Origin: Actinomycetota bacterium
Lineage (GTDB): Bacteria > Actinomycetota > UBA4738 > CALAEC01
Direction of reading: 5' to 3'
DNA: 64,000 nt
Assembly (NCBI GenBank): GCA_050692555.1
Contig: JBOGVS010000011.1
Location: forward strand, 8,241-72,240
The position numbers and the translations under genes were made by a program. Below are positions 18,401 through 26,248 of the stretch, piece after piece. The notes below the pieces were generated by a model. It did no database searches, was not told the origin of the DNA, and worked only from the letters and a program-made list of their open reading frames with translations. The first letter of the stretch is position 1. Every line of letters starts with the position of its first letter.

Positions 18401-19701
18401 ACGCCACCGTCCGCATCTGGGACGCCCGGATCGGGAGCCTGCGGTTCAGCCTGTTCCACGACGGTCCGATCGGAGACGCGGACTGGAGCCCGGACTCCAC
18501 CCGCCTGGTGACCGGGGCGGGCGATGGAACCGCGACTGTGTGGCAGGTCACCGAAGCCGGGGGAAGGGAGCTGCTCTCCCTCTCGGCCCAGGACACCAGG
18601 GCCGGTATCTCGGGGGTGGCCTTCTCGCCCGAAGGTGATCGGGTGATGGCCGGGGACTCGGGGATCACGGCGGTGCAGGTCTGGGACGTGAGCCGGGCCG
18701 GCGACGCGGAGTGGGTGAACGTGCCCGGCGACCCCGCCTGGGTCTCCAGCGTGGCTTTCACCTCCTCGGGACGCCAACTGGTCGCCAGCAGTGAGGATGG
18801 GTCGGTATCGGTCTGGGACGCGGAGACAGGGCGAAGGGTCCGAACGTTCCAGGCTCACCAGTCTCCGTCCGACCCCGACTCCGTCTACGCCCTCGACGTG
18901 ACTGCGGACGACAGACTGATCGCCACCGCCGGAACCGACCAGACAGCCAGGGTGTCCGATGCGGCCACGGGGGGCGAGGTGTTCACCGTTGCATTCGAGG
19001 GATCGGTTGACGACGTCCACTGGAGTCCGGACGGCCGGCTGCTGGCCATGGCGGCGTTCGACGAGGGCGTGGCCAGGATCGTCGACCGATCCGGGGCGGA
19101 GATCGCCGTCCTGCGAGAGGACTCCGGCCTCGGGATCATCCACGTCCAGTTCAGTCCGGACGGTCGCCTGCTGGCCACGGCCAGCCTGTGGACGGGCCGG
19201 CCCGATCCGACGGCCCAGCGGGTGAAGATCTGGGACTGGCGACGGGGGAAGGTCGTTCGGGCCATTCCCGTCGTTGCCGAAGGCATGGCCTTCGATCCGA
19301 GCGGCCAACGGATCGCCATCGCCCACGGAGGCTTGGCCGGGATCTGGGATCTCCAGAGCGGGCGGAAGGGGGCGACCTTCGCCGGCCACGAGGGGGCACT
19401 CTGGGATGTCGCGTTCAGCCCCGATGGTTCCGTCATCGCCACCGCCGGCTTCGACAACACGGTGCGGCTCTGGGACTCGGAGTCCGGAGTCCAGCTCCTG
19501 GTACTCCGCGGACACCAGTTCATCGTGGGGCGGCTGGCCTTCAGCCCGGACGGTTCGAAGCTCGCTTCCGGGGCCGCCGATGGAACGGTGCGCGTGTGGG
19601 CCCTCGACCTCGACGACCTCATCGAGATCGCCAGGGGAGAGGTGACCCGGGGCCTTACCGACGCGGAGTGCCGACAGTATCTGCACGGGCCTTGTCCCTA
19701 G
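15490..19701 (+). CDS. multidomain signalling protein: class III nucleotide cyclase (CHD) – P-loop STAND/AAA ATPase – transmembrane helix – WD40 beta-propeller
   Basis: 1403 aa. CHD motifs FLIADIRGYT, RGDEALAVF, GALNLAARL. Walker A GPSGSGKSS and Walker B LVLLIDQFEE. TM helix LRAFVALLGAAVLIASGLTVFAF preceded by RRSVRR. More than 10 WD-like repeats (…WD, SFSPDG, VRVWD…). The alternative start M at 15529 (MQAKPG) is possible. Confidence 0.85.
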   Translation: MEGHRFTWRAQGVMQAKPGSEATSEASIRTFLIADIRGYTLFTAERGDEAAAELATRFAAVAREGVESRGGTVIELRGDEALAVFDSARQAIRTAIELQRRFVEETVADPRMPLPVGIGLDAGEAVAVEDGYRGGALNLAARLCSLAAPAEILASREVVHLARKVDGVTSVDRGSVRLKGLTDPVHVIRLRAEAEDAAEDTAFRRALGPSAAQLAPVVPGVMVPNPYKGLRPFEEGDAPDFFGREALTEQLVERLGETRFLAVVGPSGSGKSSVVRAGLIPALRRGALPGSGDWLIVEMFPGAHPLAELEAGLLRVAVNPPSSLIEQLERDDHGLLRAAKRVLPAGGSELVLLIDQFEEVFTLVEDDAARTHFLESLEAAVTEPHGRLRVVTTLRADFYDRPLLYRGFAELLRSRVEAVVPLSPEELERAISGPAKRVDMRLEHGLVAQMLAEVADEPGALPLLQYALTELFERREDSVLSLEAYRAIGGVSGALGRRAEELYGDLDAEGREAARQLFLRLVALGEGTEDTRRPVLRSELVSLEVDQQAMAAVIDSFGASRLLSFDRDSRTGAPTVEVAHEALLTAWGRLRRWIDEAREDLRTERRLALAAREWLDAGRDRSFLASGSRLEQFETLRQSGAISITPEERAFVEASLAERDRRRTEEEARQAREHALERRSVRRLRAFVALLGAAVLIASGLTVFAFTQQERAEREGTVAAARELAAAAVANLDADPERSILLALEAIERTRSRDGTVLPEAEEALHRAVVASRIVLSVPGVGGWLDWSPDGTRFVTEGPEETGIVDIRNAETGESMLSFTGHQMDVNGVTFSSDGSMLATTGDDGAAKIWDPQSGEELGSVQGPEGAVLGPSFSPDGSLAAAAWLDDGTVRVWDPATGRTVHELHPVPGPFRTSFSPDGRRLAIAALEPPVAVVVDVASGREVFTLEGHDFEVHDVDWSPDGRWIATSSVDATVRIWDARIGSLRFSLFHDGPIGDADWSPDSTRLVTGAGDGTATVWQVTEAGGRELLSLSAQDTRAGISGVAFSPEGDRVMAGDSGITAVQVWDVSRAGDAEWVNVPGDPAWVSSVAFTSSGRQLVASSEDGSVSVWDAETGRRVRTFQAHQSPSDPDSVYALDVTADDRLIATAGTDQTARVSDAATGGEVFTVAFEGSVDDVHWSPDGRLLAMAAFDEGVARIVDRSGAEIAVLREDSGLGIIHVQFSPDGRLLATASLWTGRPDPTAQRVKIWDWRRGKVVRAIPVVAEGMAFDPSGQRIAIAHGGLAGIWDLQSGRKGATFAGHEGALWDVAFSPDGSVIATAGFDNTVRLWDSESGVQLLVLRGHQFIVGRLAFSPDGSKLASGAADGTVRVWALDLDDLIEIARGEVTRGLTDAECRQYLHGPCP

Positions 19702-19713
19702 GCCCGTAAGGGC

Positions 19714-21255
19714 TCAGATGGCCCGCTCCCGGCCCTTCCAGTACGGGTCGCGGAGCACCCGCTTGTACAGCTTGCCGTTTGGATCGCGGGGCATCTCGTC
19801 GACGAAGTCGATCGACCGGGGAACCTTGTACTTGGCGGCGTGCTCGGCGGTGAACGCCAGCAGCTTTTCCTCCATCTCGGGGCCGGCCCGGCCCTTGTCC
19901 CGCAGCTCGATCGCCGCTTTCACCTCCTCGCCCCAGTCCTCGTTCGGGATCCCGAACACCGCCGCGTCCGCGATGTCCGAGTGGGTCAGGAGCACCGCCT
20001 CGATCTCGGCGGGATAGATGTTCACGCCGCCGGAGATGATCATGTCCGCCTTTCGGTCCGCCAGGAACAGGAACCCGTCTTCGTCGAGGTATCCGACGTC
20101 TCCGACCGTGAAGAACCCCTCGCTCCAGCTCTCCTCGGTCTTGGCCTTGTCCTTGTAGTACTCGAAGGTGTAGTCGGCCATCTTGATCCACACCGTTCCG
20201 GGCTCGTTCGGTGACACGGGCTTCCCGTCGTCGTCGAGGATGCGGATCTCCGAGATCGGCCAGGGCTTCCCCACCGTTCCCGGCTTCTGCTTCCACTCCT
20301 CCGGGGTCGCCAACGTTCCCCCGCCCTCGGTGGCCGCGTAGTACTCGTAGATCACCGGGCCCCACCATTCGAGCATCCGCCGCTTCACGTCGACCGGGCA
20401 CGGGGCGGCGCTGTGAACGATGTGGCGGAGGGAAGAGACGGCTGCCTTCGACCGGGCCTCCTCGGGCAGCGCCAGAAGCCGGTGGAACTGGGTGGGAACC
20501 ATGTGGGAGGTGGTGACTTTGTACCGCTCGATCCGCTCCAGGGTTCCCTCCGGGGTCCACTTGTCCATGAGCACCACCGGATGCCCCATGTGCAGCGAGT
20601 CGGAGGCGAACGTGAGCACGGCCGTGTGATACAGGGGGGAGACCACCAGGTGGACGTTGTCCTTGTTCGGCTCGATGCTGAACAGCATCAGGAACGCGGC
20701 GTGCATGTCGGCCACGATGTCCACGTCGAGGTCCACGGTGTCCCGGCGCACTCCCTTCGGCTTCCCCGTGGTCCCCGCGGTGTAGTTCATCACCCCGCCC
20801 GGAGCCCGCTCCTCCGGCCGCGTACCGGGCTGGCCCTCTTTCAGCTCCGCGTACGGGCGGAACCCCTCGATGGTGCCCACCGCGAACCGGGCCTGTTCCG
20901 GGAAGCCGATCCCGTCTGCGGCCTGACGTCCTGCCTCCCCGTATCGCTCGGAGCACACGAACGCCTCGGCCTCGCAGTCCTTGATGATGTAGCCGATCTC
21001 CTCGGCGGTGAGGTGGTAGTTGATCGGGGTGAGGCGCCACCCCGACTGGAGGCAAGCGAGGTACAGCTCCACGAACTCGGCGCCGTTCGGCAACAGGGCC
21101 GCCACCACGGAATCACGCTTCAGCCCCTGGCCCCGGAGTCCATGCGCCAGCCGGTTGCTCTCCTCGAACAGCTCCCCCGCCGAGACCTCGCGGCCCTCCG
21201 GCTCCACCAGGGCCAGACGGGAGGCGTCCTGCTCAGCGAGCGTCCAGAACGACAT
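19714..21255 (-). CDS. fadD: acyl-CoA synthetase (AMP-binding; FadD19-like steroid/long-chain-fatty-acid CoA ligase)
   Basis: 513 aa; YTAGTTGKPKGV, GDVGYLDEDGFLFLADRKADMIISGGVNIYPAEIE, PNGKLYK. Confidence 0.9.
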   Translation of the reverse strand: MSFWTLAEQDASRLALVEPEGREVSAGELFEESNRLAHGLRGQGLKRDSVVAALLPNGAEFVELYLACLQSGWRLTPINYHLTAEEIGYIIKDCEAEAFVCSERYGEAGRQAADGIGFPEQARFAVGTIEGFRPYAELKEGQPGTRPEERAPGGVMNYTAGTTGKPKGVRRDTVDLDVDIVADMHAAFLMLFSIEPNKDNVHLVVSPLYHTAVLTFASDSLHMGHPVVLMDKWTPEGTLERIERYKVTTSHMVPTQFHRLLALPEEARSKAAVSSLRHIVHSAAPCPVDVKRRMLEWWGPVIYEYYAATEGGGTLATPEEWKQKPGTVGKPWPISEIRILDDDGKPVSPNEPGTVWIKMADYTFEYYKDKAKTEESWSEGFFTVGDVGYLDEDGFLFLADRKADMIISGGVNIYPAEIEAVLLTHSDIADAAVFGIPNEDWGEEVKAAIELRDKGRAGPEMEEKLLAFTAEHAAKYKVPRSIDFVDEMPRDPNGKLYKRVLRDPYWKGRERAI

Positions 21256-21285
21256 GCCCCACCTCCTTCGACCTCCACTCGAAAT

Positions 21286-21299
21286 TAGAACACGTTCCT
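21286..21299. promoter_or_regulatory. KstR-type operator TAGAACACGTTCCT
   Basis: Palindrome in the fadD/adh divergent intergenic region. Confidence 0.65.
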
Positions 21300-21331
21300 G
21301 TTTCTGGACGCAACTCGGGGAGGCGGTCCAT

Positions 21332-21345
21332 CAGAACGTGTTCTA
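21332..21345. promoter_or_regulatory. KstR-type operator CAGAACGTGTTCTA
   Basis: Second palindrome 32 bp from the first, just upstream of the adh start. Confidence 0.65.
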
Positions 21346-21355
21346 GTATTCGGCC

Positions 21356-22435
21356 ATGCGGGCCGCCGTGCTCCCGGCGCTGAATGAGTCCCTAGTGATC
21401 CGGGACGACGCCGAGATCGTGGGCCCCGACCCCGAGCAGGTCCGGATCCGGGTGGCGGCCAGCGGTGTATGCCACTCGGATATCCATCTCCAGACCGGCT
21501 CCCTCCCCCATCCCCTGCCGTGCGTCCCCGGCCATGAGGGCGCCGGCGAGGTCGTCGAGGTCGGCGAGGCCGTCTCCAGCGTCGCGGTGGGCGACCACGT
21601 GATCGTGTCGTGGGTCCCGCCGTGTGGGGACTGCGCGTTCTGCCTCGGTGGGCAGCCGAACCTGTGCGAGGCCCACATGCTGGCCGCGGTGGGGACCCCG
21701 GGGTTCACCGTGGGAGGAGAACCGATGTTCGGCTATGCGGGCACCGGGACGTTCGCCGAGGAGGTTGTGGTCCGGGCGGAGTCCGCCATCCCCATCCCCA
21801 AGGACGTCCCGTTCGACGTGGCATCCCTGATCGGGTGCGGGGTGATGACCGGCGCCGGCGCGGCACTCAACACCGCGAGGGTCCGCCCGGGCTCCTCGGT
21901 CGCGGTGTTCGGGTGCGGGGGCGTGGGGATCAGCATCATCCAGGGAGCCCGGATCGCCGGCGCCGCGGACATCGCGGCGATCGACGTGGTCGATGGCAAG
22001 CTCGACATGGCCCGCAAGTTCGGGGCGACCCACGCCGGCACCCCGTCGGAGGTGTCCGGCCTGTCCCAGGAGATCACCGAGGGGCGGGGGTTCGACTACG
22101 CCTTCGAGGCGGTGGGCACACCGGAGACCATCCGGGCGGCGTGGGACGCCACCCGCCGCGGCGGGACCACCGTGGTCGTCGGAGCCGGACGCATGGACGC
22201 CATGGTCCCGTTCAGCGCGTTCGAGCTCTTCTACATGGAGCGAGCGCTGAAGGGCTCCTGGTACGGCTCGGCGAACGTGCGCACGGACTTTCACCGCCTG
22301 CTGCGGTTCTGGCGCCAGGGGAAGCTCGATCTCGAGGGGATGATCACCCGCCGGTTCGACCTGGCCGACGTGAACGAAGCCCTGGCCGCGATGGAACGCG
22401 GCGAGGTGGTCCGCTCGATCATCGAGTTCTCCTAG
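21356..22435 (+). CDS. zinc-dependent alcohol dehydrogenase (MDR family)
   Basis: 359 aa; GVCHSDIH, GHEGAG, C-x2-C-x2-C structural zinc site, GCGGVG Rossmann motif. Confidence 0.9.
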   Translation: MRAAVLPALNESLVIRDDAEIVGPDPEQVRIRVAASGVCHSDIHLQTGSLPHPLPCVPGHEGAGEVVEVGEAVSSVAVGDHVIVSWVPPCGDCAFCLGGQPNLCEAHMLAAVGTPGFTVGGEPMFGYAGTGTFAEEVVVRAESAIPIPKDVPFDVASLIGCGVMTGAGAALNTARVRPGSSVAVFGCGGVGISIIQGARIAGAADIAAIDVVDGKLDMARKFGATHAGTPSEVSGLSQEITEGRGFDYAFEAVGTPETIRAAWDATRRGGTTVVVGAGRMDAMVPFSAFELFYMERALKGSWYGSANVRTDFHRLLRFWRQGKLDLEGMITRRFDLADVNEALAAMERGEVVRSIIEFS

Positions 22436-22595
22436 CCCTAGCTCCAACAACGCCGGAAGGCAGCGCGTAGGGGGGCTTGGTCTGCCTGGTACCAGGTACG
22501 GTGAGTAGCCGGGGGACCGGCGGGACACTCGTACTTGGTACGAGCCAAAGGGACCGGTCGTACCAAGTACCGGCCACCGGAGAACCCCCTCGGAC
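22436..22595. repeat. structured convergent intergenic region with three GTAC-core hairpins and a GGGAC-prefixed tandem unit
   Basis: cctggtaccagg (perfect 12-nt palindrome); gggacACTCGTACttgGTACGAG; gggacCGGTCGTACcaaGTACCGG. Confidence 0.5.
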
Positions 22596-23795
22596 CTAGG
22601 CGCGTTCCGGGGTGAATCGCACGGGCATGTGCTTCAGCCCGTTGATGAAGTTCGACCGCAGCCGAGGAACGGGGCCCGCCAGCTCGATGTCCGGCAGCCG
22701 CCGGAGCAACTCCTCGAACATCACCCGGATCTCCAACCGTGCCAGGTTGGCTCCCAGGCAGAAGTGCGGGCCGCCGCCACCGAACCCGAGATGCTCGTTG
22801 GGGGTCCTGCCCACGTCGAATCGGTCGGGCTGGGGGAAGACCTCCTCGTCCCGGTTCCCCGAGATGTACCACAGCAGGACCTTCTGGCCTTCCTTGATCG
22901 GGACGCCTCGGACCTCGGTGTCCTTGGTGGCCGTCCGCCGGAAGTGCATGACCGGCGTGGCGGTGCGAAGCATCTCCTCGACGGTGAGCGGGAGCAGGTC
23001 GGGCTGGGCCAGAAGGCGCTCCTTCTCTTCGGGGTTCTGAGCCAGGGAGTGCATCCCATGAGAGATCAGGTTGCGGGTGGTCTCGTTCCCCGCCACCGCC
23101 AGGAGCAGGAGGAACACGTCGATCTCCAGGTCGGACAGGCCCTGGCTGTCGATCTCCGCCTCGACCAGCGCGGTCACCAGATCCTCACGGCGCTCGCCCC
23201 GTCGCTCCTTCCCCAGCCCGTCCCAGTACTCGTACATCTCGAACGCGGCTGCGGTAGCGACGTCGATGGAGTTCCCGTACTCGGGATCGTCGAGGCCGAT
23301 CATCTGGTTGCTCCAGTGGAAGATCTTGTGCCGGTCCTCGTCGGGAACCCCGATCATCTCGGTGATCACCTGGAGCGGGAGCTCGGCGGCGATGTCCGTG
23401 ACGAAGTCGCACTCCCCCTTCCCGGCCACGCCGTCGATGATCTTGGTGGCGATCTCCCGGACGTGGGGCTCGATGTTGCCCACCCTCCGCGGGGTGAACC
23501 CCGTGCGGACCAGCATCCGGAGCTTGGTGTGCTTGGGGGGATCCATGTTGACCATCATCAGCTCCACCCCGCCGGCGGGATCGTCGATGTTCGTGCCCCG
23601 TGCGGAAGAGAACGTCTCCCAGTTGCGGGACGCGCTCACCACGTCGTCGTACTTGGTGAGGTTCCAGAATCCCGGCCCGTTCTCCTGGGGGTTGAAGTAC
23701 ACGGGCTCGTTCTCCCGGAGCCACCGAAAGTCCTCGAGCGGAACTGAGTCGACGAATCGACCGGGGTCGTAGAAGTCGATGCTGGCCGTCTTCAT
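22596..23795 (-). CDS. cytochrome P450 (CYP125/CYP142-like steroid C26 monooxygenase type)
   Basis: Heme loop FGGGGPHFCLGANLA. AELPLQVITEMIGVPDEDR closely resembles CYP125-family sequence. The start is taken at MKTASIDFYDP, because the longer ORF start would overlap the KstR box. Confidence 0.85.
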   Translation of the reverse strand: MKTASIDFYDPGRFVDSVPLEDFRWLRENEPVYFNPQENGPGFWNLTKYDDVVSASRNWETFSSARGTNIDDPAGGVELMMVNMDPPKHTKLRMLVRTGFTPRRVGNIEPHVREIATKIIDGVAGKGECDFVTDIAAELPLQVITEMIGVPDEDRHKIFHWSNQMIGLDDPEYGNSIDVATAAAFEMYEYWDGLGKERRGERREDLVTALVEAEIDSQGLSDLEIDVFLLLLAVAGNETTRNLISHGMHSLAQNPEEKERLLAQPDLLPLTVEEMLRTATPVMHFRRTATKDTEVRGVPIKEGQKVLLWYISGNRDEEVFPQPDRFDVGRTPNEHLGFGGGGPHFCLGANLARLEIRVMFEELLRRLPDIELAGPVPRLRSNFINGLKHMPVRFTPERA

Positions 23796-23829
23796 GGGGC
23801 GCCTCCTCGGCCTGCTCTCGGTGGCCAAG

Positions 23830-23843
23830 TAGAACATGTTCTC
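23830..23843. promoter_or_regulatory. KstR-type operator TAGAACATGTTCTC
   Basis: Palindrome in the cyp/echA divergent region. Confidence 0.65.
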
Positions 23844-23880
23844 GTTTCTGGCGCAAGGCCCGCGGAATTGCCGCTCAAAC

Positions 23881-23894
23881 TAGAATGTGTTCTA
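23881..23894. promoter_or_regulatory. KstR-type operator TAGAATGTGTTCTA
   Basis: Second palindrome in the same intergenic region. Confidence 0.65.
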
Positions 23895-23904
23895 CTTTTC
23901 GCCT

Positions 23905-24702
23905 GTGAGCTCCCAGCCCCACCTTCTGGTCGAGCGCGACGGACCGATCGTCACGCTGACCATGAACCGTCCCGAAGCGCGGAACGCCCTGTCCTCGGAG
24001 ATGATTGGCCGGCTGGCGGACGCCTGGGAGATGGTCGACGGGGACGAGGCGATCCGGGTGGCCATCCTCACCGGGGCCGGCGGCCACTTCTCCGCTGGCG
24101 CCGACCTCAAGGCCATGTCCGGCGGCTATGGCGACGACGAATGGGCGGCTCGGTCTCGGGACGACCCCGACCTGCCCTGGAAGGCCCTCCTCCGCCACTA
24201 CCGGCTCAGCAAGCCCCTGATCGCCGCGGTGGAGGGATACGCGGTGGCCGGCGGGACCGAGATCCTCCAGGCCACCGACATCCGGATCGCCGGGGAGAGC
24301 GCCCGGTTCGCCGTGGCCGAGGTGACCCGGGGCCTGTTCCCCCTGGGCGGCTCGACGGTGCGCCTCCGCCGCCAGATCCCCTACACCAACGCCATGGAGA
24401 TCCTGCTCACCGGGGAGCAGATCCCCGCGCCGGAGGCACTGCGGATCGGGCTGATCGGCCGGGTGGTGCCCGACGGACAGGCCCTCCCCACCGCCCGCAA
24501 GGTTGCCGAGCGAGTGGCCAAGAACGCGCCCCTGTCGGTCCAGGCGATCAAGCGGGCGGTCCAGGAGACCGAGGGCCTTCCCGAGGCCGACGCCCTGAAG
24601 GTGGAGCTGGAGATCGGCCTGCCGATCTTCGGCAGCGACGACGCCCGCGAGGGGGCCAAGGCCTTCACGGAGAAGCGCGACCCGGACTTCAAGGGACGCT
24701 GA
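23905..24702 (+). CDS. echA: enoyl-CoA hydratase/isomerase (crotonase; EchA19-like)
   Basis: Crotonase fold LTGAGGHFSAGADL...AAVEGYAVAGGTEILQATDIRIA. GTG start chosen downstream of the operator; the ATG at 23887 is an alternative. Confidence 0.85.
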   Translation: MSSQPHLLVERDGPIVTLTMNRPEARNALSSEMIGRLADAWEMVDGDEAIRVAILTGAGGHFSAGADLKAMSGGYGDDEWAARSRDDPDLPWKALLRHYRLSKPLIAAVEGYAVAGGTEILQATDIRIAGESARFAVAEVTRGLFPLGGSTVRLRRQIPYTNAMEILLTGEQIPAPEALRIGLIGRVVPDGQALPTARKVAERVAKNAPLSVQAIKRAVQETEGLPEADALKVELEIGLPIFGSDDAREGAKAFTEKRDPDFKGR

Positions 24703-24746
24703 CCGTCGCCCAGAGCGAGGGAGAGCGAGTCGTCGTCGGTGACTAG

Positions 24747-25088
24747 CTAGGCACCGGGGACGAGCGCCACGAACGCCAGCCCCGCCTCGAGGGCCAGGAA
24801 CGCCCAGTAGGTCCAGTCCGCACGTGGGGAGTCCAGGGCCAACGCGAGCAACCTGACCATCGCTGCCCCGGCCCACGCCAAGCCGACACCGATGAACAGC
24901 GCTGCGCTGCCTTCGATCAGTGCCCAGACTCCGATGCCCGCGAAAGCGCCGTTGGCGATTCGGAACTCGGCCCGGGCCCGGCCCGACGGCAACGGGGTGT
25001 CGAGAACCGGCGCGATCCGTTCGGGGATCAGCACTCCGGCGACGCCGGCGGCCGCCAGGAACGCGCTGCTGATGTAGCCGCCGATCAT
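24747..25088 (-). CDS. small hydrophobic membrane protein (hypothetical)
   Basis: 113 aa, 3–4 predicted TM helices. Confidence 0.45.
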   Translation of the reverse strand: MIGGYISSAFLAAAGVAGVLIPERIAPVLDTPLPSGRARAEFRIANGAFAGIGVWALIEGSAALFIGVGLAWAGAAMVRLLALALDSPRADWTYWAFLALEAGLAFVALVPGA

Positions 25089-25100
25089 GAAGTCATCTGA

Positions 25101-26236
25101 TTAGGAGGCCGGCTCCCGGTCCCGCTCGACGCGACGGAGCCGCTCGAGCGTCTCCTCACACTCGGCCGCCATCGACCGGATGATCTCCGCGGCGGGACGG
25201 ACCTCGTTCATGCGTCCCACGATCTGGCCCACCGGCATGCCGATCAACGCCTCGTTCTCCGAGAGGAAGATCCGGTGCTGGGCCTCGGCGGTGAGCATGA
25301 ACTGGAGCGGCATTTGCAGGGTCCCGGGAGACCGGGGATCGTCCCAGGCGTCTGTCCACGCGGTGCGGAGCAGCCGGGCGGGCTTCCCGGTCCAGGCGCG
25401 CGTCCGCACGGTGTCCCGGGCGGTAGCGTCGAGCAGCTTCTGAACCACCACCGGTGACAGCTCGTCGTTCTCCTCGGCCGTGAGCCAGATCGACCCGGTC
25501 CACACGCCCTCCGCGCCGAGGGCCAGGGCGGCCGCCATCTGCCTCCCGCTTCCGATGCCTCCGGCCGCCAGGACCGGCGCGGGGTGGACGGCGTCCACGA
25601 CGTCGGGGGTCAGCACCATGCTCGCCACAACCCCGGTGTGGCCAGCGGCCTCGGTCCCCTGGGCCACGATGATGTCCACTCCGGTCTCCACCTGCTTCCT
25701 GGCCTGGTCGACGTGGCCCACCAACGCCGCGACGGGCAGTCCCCGGCGGTGGGCCTCGTCGATCACGTCTTTGGGCGGGGGGCCGAGGGCGCTGGACAGC
25801 AGCTTGATCGGATGGGAGAACGCCACCTCGAGCTGCGGCCGGGCCGTGGCTTCGGTCCAACCCAGGAGCTCACGGGGCGGGGGAGCGTCCGCCGGGAGCG
25901 GGGGGACGTCGTGTCGCTTCAGGACGTCCTCGACGTACTGGCGGTGCCCCTCGGGGATCATCCCCTCCAGGTCACCGAACAGCTTGGCCGGGTCGAGGGT
26001 CCCGGCTCCCTCGTACGAAACGGGAGTGACCACGTTCACGCCGTAGGGCTTGCCGTCCACGTTCTGGTCGATCCAGGACAGCTCCTCCTCCAGCTCGTCG
26101 GGGGAGAACCGCAGCGCGCCCAGGACCCCGAACCCTCCATCCCTGCTCACCGCGGCGACCACCTTGCCCGAATGGCTGAAGGCGAAGATCGGATGCTCGA
26201 TGTCAAAGAGCTCGGTGACCCGCGTCTGCATTCGCT
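25101..26236 (-). CDS. nitronate monooxygenase family (NMO/2-nitropropane dioxygenase-like; IpdC-type enoyl reductase candidate)
   Basis: Start MQTRVTELFDIEHPIFAFSH...; FMN-binding TIM barrel motifs GIGSGRQMAAALALGAEGVWTGS. The track ORF is over-extended at the N-terminus. Confidence 0.8.
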
Positions 26237-26248
26237 CCTCCGTAGGCT

